This document shows positions 25,747-39,199 of a DNA stretch of 64,000 nucleotides, one piece after another. The notes below the pieces were generated by a model. The model did not search any database. It was not told the origin of the DNA and worked only from the letters and a program-made list of their open reading frames with translations. A program made the position numbers and the translations under genes. Numbering within the stretch: position 1 is the stretch's first letter; every line of letters starts with the position of its first letter. The stretch covers positions 1,922,001 through 1,986,000 of the forward strand of contig OZ210884.1 in assembly GCA_964658305.1 (NCBI GenBank), read 5' to 3'. The DNA is from Leptogorgia sarmentosa. Lineage: Eukaryota.

Positions 25747-28700
25747 ATTCGGCTACACAAAGAAACAACAAATATTAATAAAGAAGCAGGACTTCATGAA
25801 TTAGGCTATTTTTCATCAATATGTACAGTGTGTATACAGTCAACTCTATGGAAAGCTAGACCTCTGAAAATTTAAATTGGCTTATCGAGCCTCAAAACAC
25901 AACATTTGCTAATTATGGGACATTTATTATTATTATTTATTTTTTTATTTTTATATTTCTGTGACGTGTCATGAACTATTCGCAGTTCAGACCAATCAGA
26001 CTTTTTATTTCGAACAATTTTTATCCACCCTGTAGGTACCGATAAAATTAAGTTGATCAACCTCCGAACCATAATCAATTATGTGTCCGTAAGTAAATGT
26101 GTCCTAGTCGTTTAGGTGAAGGTATAGCTGTAATGGAATTATTCGGTTTCCTCGTCATAAAAACAAATTTCCAAGCATGCAGCTTCACGTTTATCATTTA
26201 TCAGTAGAGAAGGCTATAACTACGTATTATTATATGGCTTTTCAAAATTCTCTATTTTGATTGGTTTACAAGCGCTACGTAAGAACCCATACACGGACCG
26301 CGGTCCGTATTTTCCGTTTCTTGGCCGGTGTCCCAAATATCGTTTATCTGACGGGAAATTTCCCTTTGCAAACAGAAAATATTTTTGCTTTTTAATTTCC
26401 AATTTTCATAAAATTTACAGACAAAAATTTCAAACAACCAAATTGTTGTTCATTGAAGATGTAAGCCTACCGTATACTGTAAGTAAAACCGATGATATTG
26501 TAACCAGTTTAATTCGCGTGAAAAGCATATGCTCAACAGTCAATTCAGCCATATAGTAAACGGATTATTGACCTCGTTGTTCGGTCTGCATTGTGAAATA
26601 TCAGTACAGTGCAGACCTCACACTCAGTTAATACCCCTTTATGATAGCATTTATATATATGCTTCGTATTATATGCATTAATCCGAAATAAAGACAAACA
26701 CCATTCACCGTTCATGGGGAATAATTTGCCGAATCCCCAGAGCGGAGGGTCGATAAATTATATATTATATCGATAAATATGCCACACAAAAAATAGCCCA
26801 ACATAATTACATAAATGCATTTTTCGTTGGCTTTGTTTTTTTTCCGCGTGTTTTCCGTGTAATATACCTTGAATTTCCTCATTAAAAATAGCACTACATG
26901 CCTGTAGCATTTTCATTATGGTCGCGTTTTTCGCATGTCTATCGTTCAGTATCGTTGAATTTTATCGCCTCTGTGATCTCCGCCATTTCAACTTTAATAA
27001 TATAAAATTTTCCCATCATATTGCTGGAGCCGTGCGTGTTGTCTCGCGTACGCGTGGTTTATACGAATATGTTCCACTCCATGTTCCCCTTGGAAAATGG
27101 GGTCGAACATAGTCCAAAGGTAAGCAGCCTCGGTGACGTATGGCGTAATATCCTGATTTCATGCCCACGTGGCACAAACTGGGCAATTTGAAAATGAGAT
27201 AAATATAATAATTCATGTCAACTCTCACTAAACTTGGAATATTTTCCTCATAAAATCAGCAGAATATGAAGGGTATACTGTTTAACAAACAAATGAACAC
27301 ATGCATAATCACAGGGCACTGTAATTATATATGCAATGCGTTTTCGAATATATAAGAGGAAATAAAACCCGAATGTTATCTTCTCATATTGTATCCTGAC
27401 TTGGTTTTATTAAAACATTAATATTAATGCATGTCCACTTTATTTCGAATGCAATGCATCACAAAGAATTTATAGCTACTTCAACTGAAAATTATACACC
27501 CACTATCATTATTTCTCCTTTTCAAAGCATCTGAGTTTAAGAAATTTAGCTGACGATAACGTTTTAATCTTACTAATAAGAATGTCTGATCAAGATGCGT
27601 AATTCGAGGTTGTTTTATATTGAACAATTGCATGCTGTATGCTAATAAGACGATCCTCGTTAATTATGCTCCATATTGTATAATAACTTTGCTATACAGT
27701 GCATGCAGAAAATAAAACGCAATTGTGTATTGAAAATGGTCTATTACTATGAGTATCACAATTTCAATGGCATAACTCAATATACTGAATTGCGCTTTAC
27801 GAAGATATTTTAATCAGTGAAAAAGACAATACTTTAATATATGCACTGTTACTATTTTGCACTCTTTACATCCAGATATTGAAATGATCACAATTGATCA
27901 TGGATGTTCATTGCACAGTTGTGTTTTTTTGTACCCCGTGTAGTATTGAAATTTCACAAGTAGTTACAAAGAAGATTGTTCACAATATATAAATACTATT
28001 TTTCCTTTCGATGCGAAAGTCTTAGCAACTAAGTAACTCTGCTTCTGATAACTTATTATTCCAGGATAATGGATGCACGACATTAGATATGCACTTGATT
28101 AACGACACTATAAACGATCTCTTTGCAAACAAAGGAGGGATTAAGTGGCTCTTATGATACTTGGATCTTGCCAAATGCTGTCAGTTTGGAGGCGGGGATG
28201 TACGTGCAGGATATACAAAGAGTCTTTTCTTAAAAATAACCCGTAATGATATACTGTAGCGGTCACACGCGACAAAAATGCCATTCCAGGCAGATACATA
28301 TATTAAATTATTATCCTAATTTATAACACCATGCAGATGATATTATTATATACACTTAGTGTCTGCTCGCAAGGATAGTTACTATCCTCCCTAGATTCCT
28401 AGTTACTTCACGAGATTGCATATTTTAAACGATCCAAAAGTATCATGTAAGGAATAGATTCAGAAGGCCATGCAATAAAAGCTGTTTTCTACTGAGCGAA
28501 AATTTTTGCGCGAAGGGAGAAACAAGGAACCTGATTTGCTGGCGACAGGCACTGACAAAACCACCATCTAATCACAATCCCGTTTTGAATTTGGCTATCC
28601 GCCCGAATGATGTAATCGCCTTTTCAAAAACGGACTTAGTGTTAACGTTTATAACATTTTCTAAACAATTTAAGAACGTTATGTTGTTCAATATGCATAT

Positions 28701-30759
28701 TTGCAGGCACTTACCTTTTCAGAATTTTCAATACAATATACAATGCTCTAGGTTTTCCAAATTTTGCGTTGCTTTGGCCCTGCCTTCCAAGCGTAAGTAC
28801 TCGATGCCAAATGAGGAATAGCGATATTATCTGAATGTTTAATATAAATTGACACAATTCTATGGCTTTGTTCAATTTTTAATTAAAATATAATGAAAGG
28901 TATGTGATTGGTGTAAAAAAGTATCGTGGGAGGAGTTAGTTCATAGGTGTGCCGAAGAAAGCTAATAAACGAACACATTTAATTAAAGATAAATTAAAGT
29001 TTGCTAAAGATCGAAAATCCCACGCGTCTGCGTGGTAGTTGCAAAAATCTACGAACTTTATCCGAATACTTGCAAACTTGCGACATACCATTACTTGAGA
29101 CATTGATTTTTTTAAAATTTTTAATGTCTTGAAATTACTTTGGTTGCCAGAACGCTTTCCACCAAATATGCGAACAAGTTCAGAATTTGCAAAATAATTA
29201 TTTGTTATGAACCCAATCAAGCATGCGTTAATGGCATGAATACTAGATGCAACAAATGAGTTATTAGAATACTCGGAAACTAGCATATACTGTTAAGAAA
29301 TTTCAATAATTGTTGAACACTGACTACATAAAGACAATTTCGGTTGAAATATTGGCCCTGTAGGAATAAAATGTCCCTAACTCTCCCACAAATATCATAG
29401 AGTAAACTGAGTAAAACCGACAGAATAAAACCAAAGCGATAAACACCGAGGCTTTAGAAACTATTAATGGCCAGTTTTGGCATTTCAATCAACTTGCTCT
29501 GCCGGGTGCATTTGGAATGTAGACTCTTTGAAATTCACATGTAAAGAAAGTTTTTGAGCAAATTTGTATAGCTCTAAGTATACTCCTTGTAGTTCATTTA
29601 GACAACCTAGGAGGTTAACTCAATCCAGGTTTCCTTTTAAATCTCTCTGGTTAACGAGAGTTAAGTCTTCATTGTGATAATGTTGAGAAATTTCGATCAA
29701 TTGCAAACATCTTTTGAATTTATGATTGTTTTTGCCCGCTGTACTTTTGTTGAAAAAAATGACTGTTTATTAGACATTGTCTCCGTAAATGAATGAAATG
29801 TCATTTTTCTGGGTGGTATTATGTTGTATATGCACTAGATATTAGCTTTACCACTTGATACAAATAATATTAAATTTAAATAACTTATTTACCATTGTAA
29901 GTGTTAATTAATTTTTTTTAAGGAGAACTTTCCATGCAATTACGTGACGATTCATAACCCCTATCTAATTCTATTATTACTAATTAAAACTGAACCTGTG
30001 AAAAAAATTTGAAACGAAACTAGAATAATTAATTCCATTCCTGTTGTACAACGGGCATATTATTACTTGAAATGGGATTGGAACTAAGTTTCGAAAATTG
30101 TAATATGCATGGAAACTTGTCTTATATGCTGCAAACACTGAACGCAATCCAAATGAGTACACTTGCAGTAAAGAAGCTGACTAGCACACCAAAGTCATTA
30201 AAATTATGACGCGTACGAAAGATTGAATATCGTTTGCATGAAATGATAAGAATAGATGAAATATAGCTACTTCACAGCTACGCTCGCAATAGATGTAGAG
30301 ATAAAGTTATAATTAACTATATATTGCCGAACGTCACTTCCAACGTTTCTTCTCATTTATATTAAGTCTCAGTAATCTTTTCTTATGCACCCAGCTGTAG
30401 CGCCAAGTGTTTCAAATGACAACATAAGCCATTGGCAAATATTAATTTCCGGAGTGCCGATTTTAATCTTTTGGCTACGTGATGTTATTATCGTTCGATT
30501 TTCATCTGTAATTTCATGGGGAGTTAGAGTAAGAGGAATTTCTAGCTAAACAAAATCTAAACCTAATTGTATTGGCCGCTATTGCTAATAGTAGAGATTA
30601 TTGTTTCGAGCCAAGTTGATACTGGCAAATGAACCAACATTTAGATCTTTTCACAGTGTCAAGCGTGCACGTGTTTTGATACATGATATTATATTTCAAT
30701 ATAATACATAGTGATACATGATATATTTCATTTCAAGCCAGGTTTTTCTGATAAATATC

Positions 30760-31140
30760 ATTGTAGTCAATTTCCTGGACGCTGATTGGCTAAAAAGCTT
30801 CAACAACTGCGCAAATTAAACATTAATTCCACAGATGTGCAAATTAAAGTTAATTGCACGGTTTCGAGCCCGCGATACATTATAAAAACAAATAAATAAA
30901 CACTTATCAACGCTAAAATTCTTGTTTTTTTTGTCATTTATTGTCAACTTTGGACAAAAAAGGTTTGTGAACGTGTACTACAATGATATTAATGCGAAAT
31001 TACACTTGTTCTCGAAGTATTAATGAAAAATTGCACTTGTGTTTGGCGAAATACCGCTCGTGTTTCGCACTCGCGGTATTTCGCCAAACACGCGTGCAAT
31101 TTTTCATTAATACTTCTCAAACCGTGTAATTTCCTATACA
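30760..31140 (+). mobile_element. Non-autonomous element with a terminal palindrome
   Basis: CTGATTGG at ~30783; palindrome 31016-31115. Confidence 0.65.
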
Positions 31141-33077
31141 AATTAGTATTTTACCCTAGAATAGATGCGATTTTTGAATGTATAATTTCTGCAAGTACTT
31201 GCAATGTATATCACAAAATTATGCTAATATTTTTCAAGTATGGAAGATTAGTATGTGACATCTAATACATATTTGCAAAACCAAGCGTTGTAATTACGCT
31301 ATATAGCTCCTTGCAACATCAATCAGCTAAGAATCGAACAGTCAGTTGCTGCGATTCAGTATTAGAATATGCTCAAAATTAATAATTTCATTTCCATAGG
31401 ACATTGGAAGAAGATGTCACATTGGCATCCACACTAACCAGTGGCTCCATCAAATTTCACCAATGACAACAAAACCTTATTCACCTTCAAAAATTCATTT
31501 TGATCCCACTTGAAACATGTGCGTGGATCAATACTATCCAATACGGACATGTTTTCAATACGGAAATTTTTCTTGTTACATCATATAACATGGTATTTTG
31601 ATCGGATTTGAGCAAACTATAGTCAAACTAATCCTACGCATGGAAGTACTTGTACGTAAGCTTATTAGAGGTTTATGTAATTGGTGTGTGTAAATACGAA
31701 AATGGCTTAAATTATTGAGTTCGAATTATGCAGGAATGTTCAAGAGCGTGATTATCTCAGTTTTTGCAATTTCCTAAAACAAATATCTCGTCATATTTTC
31801 TCATATGAATTTACATATAATATTTTCTTGGGTTTGCGACTCCGCAAAAAACATTAACAGAAACAGTTTTTTAACGCGGTTATCCTTTTGAGAATAAGAG
31901 AGCAAATACCATGAAATACCACTGATGCATTCATTTTAAGGGTATAGATACCCGGCGTTTAGTAAACTACATGAAGCAAAGTAATATACTACATCTAGCG
32001 CAGCTGAGTCGATGTGATCGTTGCCAAATGACTTACAAAGGAATATTTCATATCAACAAAATGCCAATTTTCTTACATTTTTTAACAAGGAGAATTCAAG
32101 ATATTTAGCTCGTACCATAGGCTGCACCAACGTTTGAAGCTAAAGGTATCAGGTCTTCTAATAATTTACCTTTCTCGCTCTCTTAAACTGTACGTAGGCC
32201 TAAAACTGGACGTCACAAATTGAAGATATCTTGAAATTTAAATGCTTTCACTAGCTTGCCGAGATATTATCGCCAAGCACAACAAATGTTACTGACAACA
32301 ATGACTGTTGCGGAACGTTGGCACACAGCACAACCGTAATTTCTAGATAATATTTAAAAGCATGCAACATGCTTTTCGTCTTTAAGGCAAAAATTAGCAG
32401 ATTCATTTCCCGCTGTGTTTTCTGTGGTTTTCAGAGTACGTACACACTAATAATGAGACTGCAACTTACAAAACCAGTAGTTGGTACATTTTGCTAGGGT
32501 TTACAGAATGGAGGAAGATTTCATTTCAATAGTCAACCCTGTAGAGTGATTGGTGGATATTAGTAGTACATAATTATCGTTTACAATGTTGAGAGAATTC
32601 CTTTTCGTAGCCGAAAATCATTAGTAATAAAGGTTGAAAATGTCCATATGCATCTAGATACTATTAATTCCTGTTCATCTTTTCTGCAAAGTATAGCTAT
32701 TCCAATGACTTCAACTAAACATGATTTCCTTTTACTGTATTCTATGTTGTTTGAACACTGTTTATCTGGACATTGGATTTTGTACACTGAATTGAATGAG
32801 AGTATTCGGGTCCCTGTTGAGTGGGTAAAACCATGAGATATGGCCAATTATATCCGAAAAAGATCCAATTCAGTAATAATGGTGTTGCAGATAATAGAGT
32901 AAAAACACTTCGTAAATCGGAAGAGCAAGAATTTTGTGTGAACACGTATTATTGTGGAGAAACTGACGTTGCATTGAACAATATAGCAAACTATACATTC
33001 AACTCTATACCGCAGACAAAAGTTAAATAAAATATTAAATGTAATTATTCGACTAACCTGAACGAGCACAAAATTAC

Positions 33078-33185
33078 ACAATCAGCCACTTCCTTTTGTG
33101 GTGCTTCTTTCCAAAAGACGAATTGCTCTTTGACTTCAAATGCACAGCAAATGGAGAATTTATAGTCCCCGTGTCTAATTAGCAA
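33078..33185 (-). promoter_or_regulatory. Putative TATA promoter and non-coding exon 1 of copy B
   Basis: Minus-strand TATAAAT at 33158-33164, then a conserved ~60-nt exon ending in GT donor (gtaatt, 33077). Homologous to the block upstream of copy C. An AG acceptor lies 6 nt before the B ATG (exon starts at 25752). Confidence 0.7.
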
Positions 33186-35109
33186 TATAAACTCCTCCTC
33201 TCGCTTTCTATCTTGTTTTTGTCTTGATAATAATTTGACATGTACAATCATTTGGCAGTTTAAATGCAAAGTATCGCAAACCTCTCAGACTAACTTGACA
33301 CCCCTAATTAATGCATGAATGCGGATTAACACCCACTGGGGTGTCAGTCGTGGCATTAATTTTAAGGATCCACGCATAATTAGCATACAATACGTCGAAA
33401 ACAAAAACAAAACCATTGAAATAAATGCATTGTTTTAAATTGAAAGCCGTGCACTGGCTAGATCCAAAATGGTAATAAGACGATTTTCAGATCACACTAA
33501 GCAAATGAACAAAAAAACCCGTTTACTTTACAAAGCAATACAGTAATTATTAAATCTGTCCAAAATTGACGCATGATTGCGTTCAGCGTATAGGGCCTGA
33601 ACGATTGTCAATGATATTTTGTAGAAGTCACTCTTTTATTGTTAAACGTTGGTTTTTGCAGCTCTGCAAATTTACATTAACTTCTGAGACTAAGGTCTAA
33701 TTTATACGTTGCTCTTATGCCAACGAAGACACCTAATTATCAAATGTTTGAATTGCATTTGACCTGACGATATAGCCCCGTCTAATACGTCGGATTTTGG
33801 TCGCGTCGAATTCAATTCAAACAGTGGATAAGACATGACTAAGTTCATTATCTCTTGTTTGAATTGTAAACAAAATTCGACGTATGAAACGAGTCTAAGA
33901 ACGAAGTCTAAACTGGGCCTAACAGCAACACGAAAGCGTGAAATTATATCTTGGTCTTTTTGTGTGATTTCGAGTCAGAATGGTCCAACGCTCTGCAGGA
34001 CAACTCTCTGTCAGTTTGCTTGCTTCGATCGTGGCGTCAACGTAACGTTTTCGGGAATCGAATTGATATAATACAGACACTTACGCTAGTTACGCGCCAT
34101 TCAATTCAATCCTGGAATATACAGCTCATTCAAACAAGACATCAAATTACACAGTAAAAATAGCACAACAGTTTGATCTCACTAAATACCCGTTGGAAAA
34201 CTTCCACTTTATTGTGTTGTATCACGTCTATGTCTACAGAAATTAAGTACAATATATACTATCTACTAAGAGAAATATTGATGCAAGTAAAGAAGCGAAC
34301 AATATAATGGGCGAGTCAGGAAAAGACTGCCACCTTTCGCATTCATATTAGCCGCGAGCTAATTGGTGAAATTTTACTATTTCCCCCTGCAAGTTGACCC
34401 TGTTGCCTTACTGATCAAATGGTATGACTAATCATGAATAATAAGAGACGCAGAGTGCCACGAGAATTTCAACATAACATTCAACATTACTAATTCACTA
34501 TAATTTTTCCATAATATACCAATTCTTTCGCCCCGAGACATTTAGACAATTAAATAATCGTGGAAAGCGCAATGAGCAAAAATTTCCAACTTTGTCGTTA
34601 AATATTTCCACTATTTCTGAATGTATTAAGGGAAGTATTCCATTTCTCAAGCTACAAAATGTACTCTATGTTTGACGATCTAAACGTTTAGAGTTTATAG
34701 TTCGCAAAAGACCACTTCATTGAATTAGCAGTATGTACTTGTATTGCTTTACACGGTCTGTAAAAAGATATAACAAAATTGGAATTATGCGTAAACCAAA
34801 CACGACGTATTGCGACAAATAGCCCTTGTTTAGTTGTCGCTCTTATGTCAAAATTTCATTGTGTCAAATGCAATCCAAACAACAAAATAATGAGACAAGA
34901 TACCAACTACTGTTTGAGTTGCATTTGACGCAACGTCAACTTCTAACTGAAATATTTATCAGTTTTATACCTGCAACGAGGGGTATTCGAGAAAAAATTA
35001 CCCTGAGGGATGAAACCGAACAAAAATACATCTTTTTCACATTTTCACTTCCTTTTCCCCTACAGCTTTCGCCATCTTTAATTTATGTGAGCAATAACGA
35101 GCTGGAAAT

Positions 35110-35195
35110 TCGAGCGGGGTATTTCAAAGTGGAATACTCCGAACGGGGTATTTCAAAGTCGAATAGTGCGAACAGGGTATTTCAAAGTCGAATAT
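35110..35195. repeat. Three tandem copies of GGGTATTTCAAAGTSGAATA
   Basis: About 29-bp period, visible. Confidence 0.8.
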
Positions 35196-36019
35196 CTTGC
35201 CCCGGAGAAAAATATAGGGTATAAAGTTCCCATGGCATGGTATTCGCTAAAAAAAATTATGGTACCAATGGTACAAATGTGAGCTTTTGATTGGACAATG
35301 TAACAGTGAGGTATAATATATTAATGTATTATTATTATATATTTCATATATAATAAATATATGTGCGAAATGAGGAAAGTTTTTCAAAATTTAAAGGTTT
35401 GCTGAAGACACATTGACATTGTTTCAGATTAGCTTTTTATTAGCTAGTATTTTAGAACTATATACTCAGTATTTTCATCACATATTTTAAACATTGTAAT
35501 TTAATTTATTTAGGTTTTAAGGTGCTTTTGATCATATACATATGGATATTTATGCAATATAAATAATGAATTATTATTATTATATTAACCGGGTCATAGA
35601 ATATAAAGTGATCCAATATTAATCTTTCGACATAGTAAAAAGCGGCAAACCTTCATGGATGCTTGTATGGCGCGAAATACAAATTATAGTAACTTTCACG
35701 GCACCATAACATTGAGTTGTACCGTTAATTTACTCAAAAATTGAGCGCAACTATGTCTGAAATTTCTGGTAAAACCAACATTCACAACATCCACTTTTGA
35801 AACAGTGAGTTGTTATCATGATACGACGATACGAAGTTAAAATCATCACGTAATGTATCCGAGTTTTTAAAAAGCCTGGGCAAGATACATTTTTTCGTAA
35901 TCCGATGACACGAAGTGAAATGTGATATACCCGAGTGTTCAGAAAGCACGCGTGTGACAGCCTTCGTGATGCGATCATACGATGTTAAAATTATTACCGA
36001 TTAAGTTTACCACGTTTAT

Positions 36020-36982
36020 ATCTGGTGTTGATTTGGCTGATATGCTTATAGCTATCTATCGCACAAAGATCAAGACAAAGCGGTGGTATCTAAAAGTGTT
36101 GTTTCACTGTCTTGATATTGCAAAAGTCAATGCCTGGCTATTGTACCGTCGCCACTGTGTTTTGAAGAAGGTGCCGAAGAAGCAGCAGCAACCGCTCCTA
36201 GATTTCTCCCTAGAAATTGCAGCAAGTCTGATCAAACATGGTAAGTCTGGAATGACAAAAAGGTTGGCAGACCATCACTAGAGCAAGCAGAGGTCCGGGC
36301 AAAGGCAGAGAAGCGTGGGAGAAAGCCAGACACACCAATGCCCGTGAAGGCGATAAGGTTAGACACCAGTCATCATTGGCCGGATTACAGGGATGGAAAG
36401 AGCGTTGCAGACATTGCAAGACTGGTTTCAGCAGGGTGTATTGTGATAAGTGTAGTGTGTGCCTGTGCCTTAGCAATACAAGGAATTGCTTTCGAGACTT
36501 TCGCACCACTAAATGAGAGACATAAACACTAACTTTGAAGTTAATGTTGAATTCAGGTTTTAAATGCTTTAGAAATTGAGTAAAATATTTTCTATTTTAT
36601 GTGGTATTAGTAACAACCATGACTATTAGTATTATGGCCGCAAACCCCCCCCCTCCCCCGCGCGATGCCCTCCAGCCAACCTCCCCCGTACTGAAATAGC
36701 CTAAAACACAACACCACTTGAAGGAAATCTAGATCTCAGGTTGTATCTTGTAAATTCCTGAAAAGCTGTATAAAATATATTGTTGATTATGCATGATTTT
36801 AACTAAAAATTGTACCCCTAAATGGGCATTGTTGCCATATGGCAACAAATAAAAAAATTACTTAACCCCCCCCCTTTCCCAATTTTTTTCCATTTCACAT
36901 TGTTATTACTCTACATTTAAAGAATATATTGTGTCAAAAAAACATTTTTTGACACTTTTTTCAAAATGTGCCCAGCGCAGGG
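36020..36982 (+). mobile_element. Decayed piggyBac transposon, 3' portion
   Basis: GVDLADMLIAIYRTKIKTKRWYLKVLFHCLDIAKVNAWLLY (PGBD-type C-terminal region), then a frameshifted Cys-rich tail (RCRHCKTGFSRVYCDKCSVCLCL..RNCF). Ends ...GCAGGG followed by TTAA at 36983-36986. No left end seen. Confidence 0.85.
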
Positions 36983-39199
36983 TTAATAAAAGACTAAACT
37001 GTAATTCAAAATGTGATTGAATACGCATGTTGTGTTTAGGGTGCAGGTTTACTGTTAGGAGTAGTGTTTACTATACTATTACTAATAGTGAAGTAAACAC
37101 TAACCCTAACCGACTATTAGGTTTAGCAATATATAGCTTGATGGCAATACGTCAGCGACTGATGTATATTAATGGCAGAAATAAAGCCATGGTTACCTAC
37201 GTTTTTTTGAAAAGATTTCAATCGCATGAATTTCACGTAGGCACTAAATTTTGAACACATGGGAGAAAAAATGCGTGCACACACGATTAGAAAATATTTT
37301 GTTCACTCCCCCACATTTAAAAAACTTGAAGCTCGGCCTTTTCACCCGGATTTAAATCTCCAGAACTCTGGAGAATCAAGAGCACGTTGAGAATAGTGTG
37401 CTGCCTCGTTGACGCTTAGCAGCAATTATATAGCTAGTGTCTTTTTCCCTACTTTCAATATTTTAATGACCAAGTTCATGTAGCTTACATGTGTGGATTA
37501 AGCTAATCCTACATCACGCATGTGCTTTTTTTTGAAAACGTTCAATTGTACAAATGTTGCATACTCAACAATGCTTCAATTATGAAAGGCCCAATTTTAT
37601 GCATGAAGTTATGAACTGGAATAAACCGCTGGGGAGCATATCGTGAGAGGTGCATGCATTTCTACAACTAGACAGAGACAAATTTCTTCTTTGCGACGAA
37701 TGAATCTCAAAACATGATTTCTTTTGCTTTTTCGACGGCGGCGGCAAAATAATTGAGTTCCAACAGGCTTTAAACAATTTGAAGGGAGGAAAAAGAGAAA
37801 CTAATGTATTGCAGGTTTTGCATGTTGCTAATTAGATAATATTTTTTCGCGATGTAAAGTAAACTCGTAAAAAGGATTTTGTTATCTTTAGTAGGACCTG
37901 CTGCTCATTAAAACCACGTTGCATTACATTTAACTAGAAGAGCCTAGAAGAGAACTATTGTCTTTGTATGCATTGTTCAACTTTTTTCTCTAAAACGTGT
38001 GAAAATAATAAAGCAAACAATAGTTTTGACATTGGATTAATCAGCATTTTTTTATTTGCGAAATATTCGTCTTTCAATGATATTTTGTCAAATGTAAGCC
38101 GATATTTTGTGTGAAATATTATTACTATTATTTGAAAACAACATGGCGAAATAAATACTGAATTTTTATTCTTGAATTTTGGTGTTTCAAGGTAAAACAA
38201 TTTCAAGGCAACCTATATACGTTTGTATTCTTGTACATGTGAATTGAGTTAACCAATATTTTAAAATAATGAAATTGTCATTTATCAAAAAATTGTCATT
38301 TATCGAACATAAACATTTTGGCAGTCATTCTTGTCTTCCTTTTCCTTTCAGTGTGTTCGCCTCTCCATGATACTACGCTTTAATTTGGAAATCCCTGTTG
38401 ACTCGCTCATGCGTATTTCGAGCTAAACCGTCCATCTCATCCATAAAAACTTTGCACGCGTAATCAGTAACCCTTGTTTTGGGATTAGACCGTTTGCTCT
38501 GGGAAAAATATCTGATAATAACTTTGAAGAAAAAATCTTTATAGTTCGGATTACAAACCTTTGAAGAGACCGCGATTGGAAACGTTAATTACTGTTTTAC
38601 ACGCTATACATGGGATGATTCATACGTTCTTCAGAATAATGATCAGCAGACACATGGCTTTCGAAAGAAACTTCTTTAATGAAGATTTACCACAGACAAA
38701 AATTCTTTTAACAAACTCTAAAGTATTAAAATCATATATAAAAACGTTCTCTAAAAGCGGATGTAAACTGCAGAGTAGCACCATGCATAACCAAAGACCA
38801 AACCATGCAGTCTTCTTGAAACTTCATCTACTGACCAACATTACCTAATCTAACATGCATAACAATTATTACAATATAAAAGTAAGTGCAAATAAGTAGT
38901 AAGTGCATGTATAGTGGGAAAAAAAGGATTGGTATAATTCCTGAGGTACGGTTAGAAATCCGCTTGACTCTTCTTTCGTAAGACTAATTTTGAACAATTT
39001 TTTGCAAATTTGTTTTTGTTAAATTTCGTCTTTGAATTGAAAATTATTTGTATTAAATTTTTTCTTGAAGTGGATTAGTTAGAGGAAAATTTGAAAGGAA
39101 ATCTGAACAAACTAGTAGTAATTGGTGGTGAATTTTTTGCAAGTATTCCATCTGAATTTGAACCAAAGGAAGAGTCAAGTAGTGAAATTCGTACGTATA

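Noticed and set aside
35586..35600. TTAACCGGG as the left end of the piggyBac
   Set aside because: It does not match the reverse complement of the right end (CCCTGCGCTGGGCAC).
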